In this document: in pieces, positions 24,538-37,469 of the stretch
Layout of the letters: each line of letters opens with the position of its first letter
How positions within the stretch are numbered: the first letter of the stretch is position 1
NCBI RefSeq assembly: GCF_009834535.1
Contig: NC_045697.1
Location: 68,698,001 to 68,762,000, forward strand
DNA length: 64,000 nucleotides
Direction: 5' to 3'
Source: Camelus ferus
Lineage: Eukaryota
Position numbers and translations under genes: made by a program
The notes under the pieces: generated by a model
Seen by the model: the letters and a program-made list of their open reading frames with translations, nothing else
The model's database searches: none
What the model was told of the DNA's origin: nothing

Positions 24538-24637
24538 CTTTTATTTCTTTCAAGCACATGTTGTACCCTAGTCTGCCGTGGTTCACTGCAACCAAATTGG
24601 TTTCTTCTTCTTGTATCAATATCCAAATCATGATTCT
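24538..24637 (-). other. Candidate internal exon (100 nt) of an unidentified minus-strand gene
   Basis: Acceptor ttataccttctcag and donor AAG|gtacat; non-repetitive; two open frames (ENHDLDIDTRRRNQFGCSEPRQTRVQHVLERNKR or RIMIWILIQEEETNLVAVNHGRLGYNMCLKEIK). Confidence 0.4.
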
Positions 24638-25444
24638 CTGAGAAGGTATAAGCTAACCTTCTCATTAATCCTGTGAATGTCATAAGTCAGGATGTTGGTA
24701 GCTAACCCATGTTGCCTTCTCATAGATGTACCTTAAGATTTCCAGAATATTATTTGTTGTAAATAATAAGAAAAGCTTTAAAACATGCTTTTAGCTAGGT
24801 CATAAATATATACCTGTATTTTTTAACAATTCCCTAAGCATACTATTCCTTTGATACACAATTAGAGAAATGCCTGAGTGTCTTAAATCATTTTTTATGA
24901 TTAAATGTTTAAATTCAAACATGTGAATTATATAAAAAGAAAATATATTAAAATATATTCTTCTAATAAGTAAATTGCACTGAATAAAACTCCAGAAGAA
25001 ACAGCAATCAGAAAGGCAACAGAAAAATAATCACTCTGATAAGTATAATTAAATGATAACATAAAATGAATAAAATTTTTAAATTACCATATTTTGATCT
25101 GAGAACCCAAATTAATGTCAGCAGTTCTTTTTGATTTATTAACTAAGAGAATATATTTATCCACTTTTAAAATCTAACAAATGAAAAATAAAATATTAGA
25201 ATGTTTAAGTTTGCTTCATTAAAGCTAATTACTTAGTAGGATTAAGAAATGATTATACACATATCTTTTTTATACATAGGTCCATGCCAATATATTTTTG
25301 TGAGGTTTCAATTCATCAAACCCAAATAATTAATATATACATATAAAGTTTACTTTTACTGTTTACATAATTTGGAATTTTTAATCAAACCTTTCCCTCT
25401 TTTTGAAATTAAAAGTATATGCTAATTGAAAAAAGTTAAGAATT

Positions 25445-26270
25445 TTATTCAATAAGTAAATGTTTATCAAATGCTTCCTTTGTGTAAGGTGCATGCTAGA
25501 TGCTGGAATATAAACATGTGTAAAATAAAGCCCTTTCTTCAAAGGGCTTAAAATCAAATACTCTAAGACCAGCAAACAAATAGTTATAATATAAAGCAAA
25601 AAAAGGGCAAATATTTTGAAAGTGTTCAAGTAAAGATGGATCTCCAATGAGATACATGCTTATTTCACATTTGTTGAGAGCTCAAAAAAGGATTCATTAA
25701 GGAGAAAGCTTTGAAATGGGCCTTGAAGCTAGATGGGATTGCTACAGAAAGAGGTGCACAGAGGTGACACTCTATATTGGATGACACAACATCTACAGAA
25801 GACTAGAAGTGACTATGAGTCAGTAACTAGAAGATATAGTCACACATACATCTTCCCCACAAAATAGCTAAAGAACAGGTATGCATATGTGCAGTGGGAA
25901 AAAAATTCAAAAATTAGAGTTGGAGTATTTCTACACATATCCTTAAAAACCAAGATAAGGATCTGGACTTAATTTAAGAAGCAACAGAAAACAGGAAGTA
26001 ATTTTGGGCACAGTTAACCTGAATGTCTAGGTGCATAGGACTAATAAACTAGAATTGCAGAGAGATTTTAGGCAAAGGTTAATTTGGAGATTATTGAAGC
26101 ATCTAGAAAAGAGAAAATAATGATCAGAACCACACAGCAGCAGAAGGAATGGAAGGAAAGGAATGATGTGAGAAATATAGCACAAATAGAGTCTAGAGCA
26201 CTTAACAGTTGGTTTAATTAGGGTTGGGCATGGAATGGATGAGATGGAGCCAAAACTGACCTTAGATTTT
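25445..26270 (-). mobile_element. L2 LINE fragment
   Basis: ttattcaataagtaaatgtttatcaaatgcttcctttgtg...gctagatgctggaatata (L2 3' end, reverse), then a purine-rich L2 body. Confidence 0.7.
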
Positions 26271-26274
26271 TGTT

Positions 26275-27825
26275 GGTATAATTATTCCAATTGTTCTGGG
26301 AACTTCAAAATAATGTGCCTTTGTTTCTTTGTGCATTTGTTTTTGTTTGCTTTTTCTTTCACTGTACCAGGACATTGGTAGTCCTTTTCAATCTGGAGAT
26401 CACATCTTTAAATCCAGGGAGAAATGTTCATATTAATTCTCTGATAAGTTTCTTACCTTAATTGGCTCTGTTTTCTCTTTCTGGAACTCCAGTTAGTTAG
26501 ATATTTGGTTTCCCAGATTTCCTTATGTGCTTTTTGTGAATTATTTTAAAAGTTAAAACTCTTACAAAGATAGCTTTATGTATTCTTCTAAAAGATTTAA
26601 ATTATACTTTTCAAAATAAGTATTTAATCTATCCAGAATTGAGTGTTGCATATGGTGTACTCTGAAGATTCAATTTCCTTTTTTTCCCCGTATGGATTAT
26701 TTTTTTTCTGCAACAAGTCTCAAAAAGTCTATCTTTCACTCAATGATCTTCAAAGGCCAGCTTTCTCATATATCAAGTTTCATTTTATATAAATATATAT
26801 ATATATATAAAATATACATACATATATATGTCTATTTTGAGGGATTCTGTTCTGTTTATTGGTCTGTGTGTTGATCCCTACACCAGTATCACAATGTTTA
26901 ATTACTGTAGCACTATAAAATCTAAAGTGGTCCAGGAATCTCCCTGCAATTTCCTTCCTTAGAATTTTCTTCCTTCCTTCTTATATATTCTTTACTACTT
27001 CAAATAAATTTTAAACAATCTTGTCAAGTTCCTTGGGGAACATTTTCTTAAAAGCCATAAATTCACAGATCAAGTTGAAAGAATTCAAATCTGAGAAGCT
27101 TCCTATTCATGAACATAATACATTTCTTCATTTAGGTCATTGTAATGTCTTTCCATATACTTTTATTTATACTTCTTTTGTTGGTTTTGTTTCTATGTAC
27201 CACATATTTTATTGCTATTAACATATTAACTTTAAAATAATTTTACATTTTCTAATTACTGCTGGTATATAGAAATGCAATCACTTTTTGCATAATGATC
27301 TTACAATGGGAGGTTGTCAAAATTTCATAAACTTTATTATTTGTATATAGATTCTTTTATTTTTTTCATGTTAATAATATCATTTTCAAATAATGCCAGT
27401 TTTGGACACTTTTTTATTTTATTAATTTTCTATGTATCTATCACTAATATGTTCTGTATGTTCCATCAAATCCAATGCCTGATGTCATTTTTTTAATTCT
27501 AAAATAAATCTGATAGTCTTATCATAGTTTTTGCTCTCTAAAACTCCATCCACCCTTCTGCTCCAATCTTTATGAATCAATTTCCACACTAATCTTTATC
27601 CACATTTTTTCCCTTTTCTCATTGTTCAAGATAGTGCCTCCATTATTCTCTTAAATTGGAGTGGAAATCATTAGACATCCTTGTCCTTTTCTTGAATTTG
27701 AATAAAATGCTTCTAAGATTGTAACATCGAATACAATGTTCGTCCTATGTTTTGGGTAAATACTCAATTAGATTAATGAATTTTCCATCTATTATTAATT
27801 TCCTAGGAGTTTTTATTGAGCATGG
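26275..27825 (-). mobile_element. Ancient LINE-1 fragments
   Basis: T-rich reverse L1 (ttactgctggtatatagaaatgcaatc, gacatccttgtcctttttcttgaatttg). Confidence 0.7.
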
Positions 27826-28096
27826 GTAAGACTCTGCACCCAGTTCCAATGTGTGGGTATTTTCTCCACACAACCAAGCAATTCTCTGGCACCAGCTGGT
27901 TATCTTACAATTCAATTCAATTCTGACACTGTGTACCTAGAAACAGCATCAGATCCCACAGGTTAAGGGTTCAGTCCCACAAGACTGCCTCCCCACCCAC
28001 ACTTCAGACATCAGTTACAACTCTAGGTTGTCACCCATGCTTCTGACTGACTGGTTACAGATTAAAAGTCCCAATGAACCCAGCCTTGGGTTGAAT
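27826..28096 (-). mobile_element. Partial LTR (MER21-like)
   Basis: caattcaattcaattctgacactgtgtacctagaaacagcatcagatcccacaggttaagggttcagtcccacaagactgcc is characteristic of MER21. Confidence 0.8.
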
Positions 28097-29341
28097 AAGA
28101 ATAGTGACTCATTCCACCCTAATCAACAATTAATGATGATTGATATGTTATTATATCATCATTATATGTAATGAAATTATGATTTTACACTGGGCTATCC
28201 ATAACCTATCAACCTTATCCTCTTTTCAAAAATGAGTCAACTCTTGACTGTGAAATGGCACATATTTCCTTTGTTACATATACTACCTAAAAGGAACTGG
28301 CTTTCAGGAAGAATTAACAAACTTCAAATATCTTAGCAATGACTTTGGAATTCCAGAAAATATCTGACCACAAGAATGAAAATAGAGTAAAATAACAGAA
28401 AATAATTTTGGGGTAAATTCTGATTTATATTTTGATTTATAGAGTACAAAGAAGAAAACTAGAAAAAAAATTACTGATCTCTTTACTAAAGGTATTATGG
28501 CCAAAGAAAATATGAAAAAAAGACAAAGTCAACTGTAGCACAAATCATGGATCTTGAGAGAAATGCTTATATTTTGGGATGATAAAATAATCATGCTCAT
28601 TGAGTTCTTGGGATAGGAAGTTTACTACGTTACATTGATCAAAGCAGGGCCAAAGTTTTCCTGTAACCTGACAAAATATGAAGTTTGCTCTAATCTTTAA
28701 ACAGGCCTAAAGAGAAGGGATGCTTCTTGACTACTGAAGACCAGCTAAGTAATAGTTCTAACCTAAGGACACTTGAGTGACTTGAATACCAAAACAATCT
28801 TCTACCCTCAATATATGAAACATACATAGCTGCCATGTTATTAAAGTGTGACCATCATATTCATAAATCACTTTATAGGAGTTCTAGTTATAGGTACTAC
28901 ATAAAAAGTCCTTGTACACCAGATAAATTGAATATCAAGACTTCATATTTTTGCTTTATAACAGACAATACTACACATGAGGGACATAGGGAAAAAATGA
29001 CACATAAATTGACAAGCAAAGGACAAATGGGAAAAAAGCAATAGGGCTTCAAGATAATCATATCATAGTTTTTTTTTTCCTTGAATTTCCCCAGAACTCA
29101 TGCTTCATGTCTACTAGGGTATATCAGAGTAGAAGGACATATGTCCACTCCTCTTACTAATGAATATGCTACAAGATCTGAAAAACCAAGGGATAAAGTA
29201 GGGGAGATGAGCTGAAGTATCCCTCTTCTCTCTGTCTCCTCATTCCTCCCTCCCTCCCTCTTTGATTTAAAAATTTGGATAAGTGAAGTCTTTAATTATA
29301 CTGTTTCTTTGAGCAGGGTCAAATCTCCTTGGCACATTCTC

Positions 29342-29344
<3 letters not shown>

Positions 29345-29382
<38 letters not shown>
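29345..29382 (+). repeat. Pure poly(A) tract (38 nt)
   Basis: Read directly from the sequence. Confidence 0.95.
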
Positions 29383-29387
<5 letters not shown>

Positions 29388-29848
29388 CGAGTAAGTAGAG
29401 GAGTAGATCTGAGTATACTTTGAAATAGAAATAGAAAATAAATCAGTGATTAAAAAATAGGTTCCAGAAATGGATTAAATTAAATATAATACTCATATAA
29501 CATGAAAAACATGAAGAAAATGGCTGCTTAATAATGTCCTTGGCATAACTGCCTATATATACCAAAATATATATATACATATATATATTTTTTTTACCTC
29601 AAGCTAGACAGAAAAAGTGATCTTCCTATAAAGCAAAGGTATAACAACAATTGATTAATTTTTTAAAAGTTATGAAAATAGTTTTACACCTTTGGAATGA
29701 AAGGATCCTTTTTAAATAAAGAAAACCAGGAACTGTGAAGCAATAGATATCTATGTTTAAATATATATAATTTAAATATTTCTGAATGCAAATGGTACCA
29801 TAAGCAAACAAGAAAGACAAAAATCAGTCAAACTGCAGTCATAAAAAT

Positions 29849-31150
29849 CTCCTTAGCAAGTGATGTTGGGAAAGCTGGACAGTCGCATGTAAATCAATGA
29901 AGTTAGAACACTCCCTCACACCATACACAAAAATAAACTCAGAATGGCTTAAAGACTTAAATATAAGACATAAAATCATACAATTCCTAGAAGAGAACAT
30001 AGGCAAAACATTCTCTGACACAAATCACAGCAATACTTTCTTAGATCAGTCTCCCAAGGCAAAAGAAATAAAAGCAAAAATAAACAAATGGGACCTAATC
30101 AAACTTACATAGCTTTTGCATAGCAAAGCAAACCATCAACAAAATGAAAAGACAACCTACAGGATTGCAACCGACAAGAGGTTATTTTCCAAAATATACA
30201 AACAGCATATACAGCTCAATATCAAAACAAACAAACAAACATTACAATCAAAAAATGGACAGAAGAACTAAACAGACACTTCTACAAAGGAGTTATGCAG
30301 ATGGCCAACAGGCACATGAAATGATGTCAACATCATTAATCACTGGAGAAATGTAAATCAAAACTGCAATGAAATATCACCTCATACAAGTCAGAATGGC
30401 CATCATCAAAAAGTCTACAAATAATAAATACTGGAGAGGGTCTGGAGAAAGGGAACCCTTCTACATTGTTGGTGAGAATGGAAATTGTTGTAGACACTAT
30501 GGAGGACAGCATGGAGATTCCTTAAAAACACTAAAAATAGAGTTACCATATGATCCAGCAATCCCACTCCTGGGCATCTATCCAGAAAAGATGAAAACTC
30601 TAATTTGAAAATATACATGCACTCCAATATTCACAGCAGCACTATTTACAATAGCCAAGATATGGAAGCAACCTAAATGTCCATCAACAGATGAATGGAT
30701 AAAGAAGTGTGGCATATATGTATATAATAGAATATTACTCAACTATAAAAAGAATAAAATAATTCCATTTTCAGCAACATGAATGGATCTAGAGATTATC
30801 ATACTAAGTGAAGTCAGACAAATATGTATCACTTACATGTGGAATCTAAAAAATATGACACAAATGAACTTATTTACAAAACAGAAACAGACTCAGACAC
30901 AGAAAACAAACTTATGGTTACCATAGGGGGAAGCGGGTAAGGATAAATTAGGAGCTTTGGATTAACAGATGCACACTACTATATATAAAATAGATGACAA
31001 GGACCTACTGTATAGCACAGGGAACTCTATTTACTATCTTGTAATAATAGAAAAGAATTTGAAAAATAATATATGTATAAGAGAATCACTATGTTGTATA
31101 CCTGAAACTAATACAACATTGTAAGTCAATTATACTTCAATTAAAAAAAA
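29849..31150 (+). mobile_element. 5'-truncated artiodactyl-type L1 (ORF2 C-terminus and 3' UTR) nested in older L1ME-type sequence
   Basis: ORF pieces [24 protein letters not shown] and LKIELPYDPAIPLLGIYP; A tail; degenerate TSD aactgcagtcataaaaat / aattcagtcataagaat. Confidence 0.92.
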
Positions 31151-31934
31151 ATTCAGTCATAAGAATAAATGTTATATCTCTACTACATGGTTAACTCTCT
31201 GTCACTTGTCTAGTCAAAAGCAATTAAATAAATTTTTTAAATGGGCAAAAATATTCCTACTCATGTAGAGGAGGAAATACAAATAGGTAACACATAAAAA
31301 GAATATAAAACCTCAGAGAAATATAAATTAAGTCAAGTATTTTTCTTTTTTTAACTGGACAAAATTTAAAAATTTATAATATCTTGTGCTGATATTATTG
31401 TGAGGAAATGGGCACTTTCATACATTTTTGGTGGATATATAATTCATACCAGTTATTTGGTAAGTGATGTAGCCATTTCTATTGAAATTTAAAATGTGCA
31501 TATACACTAAATGAATAACCCCACTTTTAGAAATTAACCCATTAAGATTAAATTTCAGCATGTAAGTTGGGTGTTCTCTGTACATCCAAAATTTTTTGTT
31601 ATCTGTATCATTAACAAATATATGGAGACAATCTGAATGACCTCAAATAAGGAAATGACTAAATGAAGTTGTAATATCTAATCTATAAACACATATATGT
31701 TAAAGGTATAAAGTTATTTAAAAATAAATTATAATGTTAAGGGAAAATGTTTATTATATATTGTTAAGTGAAAAATGCAAGGGGATTTTAGGGAATGTAA
31801 ATCATAGGAAAAGGAAAAAAGAAAACAAATATATAACCTTACCCAGACATAACCAATATTATAATTTTGTTATATTTCAAATCAGTTTATTTATCTAGCA
31901 AGTTCAAAAGTTTCCCTAAATTAATTTTGAGGGA

Positions 31935-34420
31935 TACACCAAAGGACACAATCAACAGACTGAAAAAGCAACCTATGTGGAACAGAATTGACAGCACAGA
32001 ATTAGATTTCTGTATATACAGTCAACTGTTCTTTGACAAAGGAGCAAAGACAATATTATGGAGCAAAGACATTGTCTTTTTGACAAATAGTGCTGGACAA
32101 CTAAACATCCACATGCAAAAAAAAAAAAAAAAAAGAATTTGGACACTCATTTTGTATCTTTAACAAAAGTTAATTATAAATGAATCACAGGCCTATCATA
32201 AAACTCAAAACTATAAAACTCCTAGAAGATAACATAGGAGAAAACCTAGATGACTTTATTTAGTGTTGTATCTAAAAAGGGCTTCACAAAAACCAAACAT
32301 ACATCCATGAAAGAAAGAACTGATTAACTAGACTTCATTAAAATTAAAAACAAATGCTCTGTGAAAGACAATATCAAGAGAATAAAAGGACAAGCCACAG
32401 GCTGGGAGAAAATATTTGTAAAAAACACATCTAATAAAGGACACTTATCCAAAATATATAAGGAACTCTTAAAACTCAACAATATGAACATAAACAAATC
32501 AGATAAAAAAAAAATGGACCAAAGACCTTAACAGATATCTCATTAAAGAAGACATACAGATGGCAAATAAGGATATAGAAAAGATATTCTACATCATACA
32601 GCATGAGGAAATGCAAACTAAAACAACAATGAGTTGCCACTACACACCCATTAGAATGACCCAAAACTGACAACACCAAATAGTGGCAAGGACATAGAGC
32701 CACAAGAACTTTTATTCATTGCTTGTGGGAATGCAAAATGGTACAGTTACATTGGAAGACAGTTTGGCAGCTTCATACGATACATATTCTTATCATATGA
32801 TCTAGCAATCACACTCCTTGATATTTACCCAAAGGAGTTGAAAACTTGTCCATACAAAAAAACTTTTTTTTAAACCATACAAATGTTTATAGCAGCTTTC
32901 TTCATAATTGCCAAAACTTGGAAGCAATCAAGATATCCATCAGTAGATGAATGGATAAATAAACCATGTCACAGGCAATGGAATATTATTCAGTGCTAAA
33001 AAGAAATCAGCTATAAAGCCATGAAAAAGCATGAGGGAGGAGTCAGAAGTTCATAGTACAAAGTGAAGGAAGTCAACCCAAAAAGGCTACATACTGTATG
33101 AAATTTTGGAAAAGACAAAACTATGAGACAATAAAAATATGAGTGGTCATCAAAGGTGATGGGAAGGGAAAGGATGAATAGGCAGAGCACAGAGGATGTT
33201 TACAACAATGAAAATTCTCTCTGTAAGATATTATAATGATGGATATATGCCATTATTCATTCATCCAAACCCATAGAATGTACAACACCATGAGGGAACT
33301 GTAAGGTTAACTATGGGCTTTGAGTGTTTATGATATGTCAACGGGGGTCATCCATGGTAACAAATGTACTGCTCTGGTGGGGAATGTTGATAATGGGAGA
33401 GGCTATGCATGGTTTGGAGAGGGGATATATGGGAAATCTCTGTATCTTCTACTCAATATTGCTGCGAACGTAAAATTGCTCTTAAAAAATAAATTGTTCA
33501 AAATAAAAGCAACCTGTGGAATGGGAGAAAATACTTGCAAATCTGATGAGAGTAATGTCTAGAATATATAAAGAACTCCTATAACTCAACAGCTATAAAA
33601 AACAATCCCATTAAAAAACAGGCAAAGATCTTTAGACATTTCTCCGAAGAAGATCTACAAATGACCAACAAGCACCAAGTGTTCAACATCACTCATCATT
33701 AGGGAAATGCACTTCAAAGCCACAGTGAGATACTACCTCACCCCAAAGAGGATGGCTATTAGTGAAAATCAAAAAAATAAAACATTTGGGGAAATATGTG
33801 GAGAAAATTATACTACCACTGTTAGTAGGAATACAGAATGGTGTAATCACTATGGAAAACAGTATGGTGGTTCCTCAAAAAATTAAAAATAGAGTTACTA
33901 TATGATCTAGCAATTCTACTCCTGGGTAGACACCACAAAACAGTCTCAAAGAGACTCATATTCACAGCATTATTCACAATAGTCAAAAGGTGGGAGCCAA
34001 TCCAAGGGTCACTGATAGATGAATGGATAAACAAAACATGTTACATGTATACAATGGAATTATTATTCAGCCTTAAAAAGGAGGGCAGTTGTGACATATG
34101 CTACAGTATGGATGAATCTTGAGAATACTATATGTTAAGTGAGTAAGCCAGTCACAAAAAGATAAGTACTGTATGATTCCCGTTATCTGAGGTATCTTGA
34201 GCAGTCATATTTATTGAGGCAGAAAGTACAATGCTAATTGCCAGGAGCTGAGGACAGGGAGAATGGTGAGTTGTTATTTAATGGGTATAAAACTTCAGCT
34301 TTGCAAGATGAAAAGTTTTGGATATTGGTTGTACTTAACATTATAAAATTGTACACGTGAAAATAGTTAAGATGATCAATTTGTGTTACATATATATCCA
34401 TAATATAAAATTTAAAAAAA
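31935..34420 (+). mobile_element. L1MB-type 3' fragment interrupted by an L1MC1/2-type insertion
   Basis: The outer element resumes at 33505 where it broke off at 31977; L1MB-like 3' end at 34200-34420. Confidence 0.8.
31978..33504 (+). mobile_element. L1MC1/L1MC2-like 3' fragment (nested)
   Basis: 3' UTR ccatagaatgtacaacacc...aacaaatgtactgctctggtggggaatgttgataatgggagaggctatgc; TSD aaaagcaacct(a/g)tg at 31964-31977 and 33505-33518. Confidence 0.85.
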
Positions 34421-36451
34421 AATCTTAAAAGATACTATCCATTTCTGAACACGTTACATGGGAAAATTGTCACAGTAGAAAAAATCCAGTCCTGAAACTG
34501 AGAATCTTGGTATGTTCTTATACTGATCTTTGGCTTCAATTTTACTCTAGGGTAGTTCCATATTCTAAATGGTTAAGTAGTAATCCATATTCTGAAAGGA
34601 TAGCCCCATATCCTGCAAGTCTCTGAGTCTGTAGGAGAAATCTGGCCAAGAAGAAATGACATAAAAATCTTTTGTAACATACCCATATTGGACTGAATTG
34701 AGTACTCTTAACAATTGTCATTTAAAAGAGAACATACATCTAAATAGACATTTAAATATGGTAACTGAAATGCAAAGAAGAAAAAAGAACGTAGCAGCCC
34801 TGAAAATCTTAGCTTCCGAGCTTCCAATTCCTAGTTCCAAGGCATAGTCTGTGCATTCTCTCTGAGAATGAATGTACTGAATGATGTCCCTCTTAAGGCA
34901 TTATTTGACTGAAAGTCAAAGTATCATCTGAATGAGCCTAATCCTCTGTCAGAATTCTCTCATTCCCTCTGCTATCCAAAAGAAAAGAGCCCAGCCTTCA
35001 CCGGTTCCTTTCAAAAGCAGATGCTCATGTTTAGTTGACGCATTTTTCCCCCAAGACCCATTCAAAAGACTAAGACTTCAACATTCTAAGGGAGACAAAC
35101 TTATTAATACTTGAGAACAAAAATATTTTAATGGTCAGTTCCAGCTGCCAAATAAAGATTACTTCTTATTTATCTTACATTCAATCCCCAAGCATACTAA
35201 ATATTTGAGCATAACCATATTTAATATGCCTTTCCCTTTTTCACTTCAAAGGCAAGATAATCACTATAATATTTTTGAATAACTACCCCAGACAGTAAAT
35301 ATCCTCTCCTTTTCCTTTCTCTTCTTCAGGAAAAATAAACAAAATAGAACTTTAGAATATACTGCTACTTTTCAAAAAAAATAAACCAGACCTGCTCCAG
35401 TTGACTTAAAACCCTATATCAACCTTTTACCTGCCTATAGTAACTGAAAATAACCTGTTGAAGAGCTAAATCTTCAGAGCTGTTCTCAACTCCATGATGT
35501 ATGCATTTGCAATTCACTTGGTTCAACCATCGCACCCATTTGCTTCCCATCTTTCTGATACACAGAGATATAAATCATCTAGCTCCAAACTATAATATTT
35601 CATTACCTTTTTACATTTTACTACTAAGAGGCACAGGGATGTGAGCTTCTATATCAGATACATCTTTTTTCAAAATAATTTCCAGAAGCATAAAAAAATT
35701 TCTAATCCACTGAAAAAAATCTACATATAATACTTCAGTACACAAATACCTGGTAATGCTGAGAGTTTACATTAGAATTTAGAATATACTTACATACAGT
35801 TAATATATGCACTCTCGTTCAATTTAACTATCTCATGAAATGTTTCAAGAAGTATATATCAGAGACCTAAAGAACTTATGCTAGTTGTTCAAAGTTGCAA
35901 AAATATTAACAGATTGACTTGGGATTAAGACCCAGTTCATACTTTCAAGACCTGCACTCTTTTGTTTGAATGAAATATGTTGCCACTTATTGTTAACAAT
36001 TAAATTAATATTTTGGAAATGAGCAATGATTCAGAAATGTCTATTTTTTCACAGTAAATTACTAAGGAAAATTAAATAATCACAATATATGTAAATTTAA
36101 TAGAATCATCATGATTCCTATGCTGTAATCATATATTGTACTCATAAATTTAGAGAACTTCAATACCTATTTATTTGTATTATTACAAAAAAAAAAAAAA
36201 GAAAACTGAATTCTATATGAAAGGAAGGAAGGAAAAAAAAGACAGACAGACTCCAATACAAGCTCCTCAGTCTCATCTCAAAACATTCCATAATCATTTG
36301 AAAAACTAGTTTAAAGTCATGGCTGTTTCATTGCAGTGAGTTTTATATGTGTCATAAAGCCTACTGCTTTGAAATTTTTAGATCTAATTTTCATTCCTAG
36401 ATAAGAACTGAAAGACAAATTACTTTCAAGCAGCAACTCAGCTCTATTCAC

Positions 36452-36640
36452 CTTTTTCAGAATGCTCTGGAACAGTCTAGGAGCTTCCAGAACACAGGAT
36501 GTTAATGATGTCTATTTTTAAATGTTTGCTCTTCCCATTGTATGAGGCACTGGAGTATTCCGACTTTGTGATTTTGGTGCATGACCTGTGACTGCAAGTG
36601 TTCTTAACAGTAGCAATGGTTGCAAGATGAACACTATTCT
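36452..36640 (-). other. Candidate exon (189 nt, phase 1-1) with one in-frame stop
   Basis: Acceptor gtctttatttag and donor AAG|gtgaat; frame ENSVHLATIATVKNTCSHRSCTKITKSEYSSASYNGKSKHLKIDIINILCSGSS*TVPEHSEK. Confidence 0.3.
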
Positions 36641-37469
36641 CTAAATAAAGACTGTTCAATAGCCTTCTTTTTAAGCAAGTTTTATTTATTTTACTTCTCA
36701 ACTGATACCCCTACTGAATATGAACATAACCACTGAGCATTTAGGAGCTCTGCTCCCTAGGGCTGTACATTTTCTATAAATCCCATAAGTGGAACTCTCT
36801 ATCAGGGAGCTTCATTGTAGCCAAAATAGAGAAAGTATAAAAATATTTTATTAAAAAAAAGGCAAAAAAACCCCGTAACTATATAGATCAAGTTCAGAGA
36901 TATATACAAACTCTGTGGTTATTTTCTCTTATAGATGTGCTTCAACAAGAAGACTGATTAAATACAGTACACATTTGATTCGTCCACTGGTTTTTATTTC
37001 TAGCATTGCAATTTTTAAAAAATTTATTTTTTAAATCACAATTTACTACAGTATTTTTTATAATCTAAAATTCAATCCAAATGAATAATTAAATAAATAT
37101 TGTGACAATTTATCTTTAAAAGTTTTTATATTCTCTCATCTTTCACCTTTGAAAACATGTTTCAAGTTCTGGTATTCTATCAGATGTTTCATCCTTTCTG
37201 TTATGCCTAAAATTTCAGAAGTACAGTTTACGAAGATAGTTCTGAGAAAAATAAGAAATGTTGTGCAACTTTTAAAATCAAATTTCAAAAGTACTGTCAT
37301 ATATGGGATAAAATTTAGTATCACAAATAATGCTACAGAACTACATTAGCTCCCTTCTACATGGTAAAATAATAAGGACAAAACAAAGAAGTTTTATAGC
37401 AAAAAAAAAAAAGGTTATGAATATTTCTGGCTTTGCTTCCAACAGAAAGGAATCTCAGCTGAATAACTT

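Noticed and set aside
28200..28830. Unannotated stretch considered as a non-retroviral endogenous viral element
   Set aside because: The frames I translated by hand are full of stops with no viral motif I recognise; only a TBLASTX search could exclude it fully
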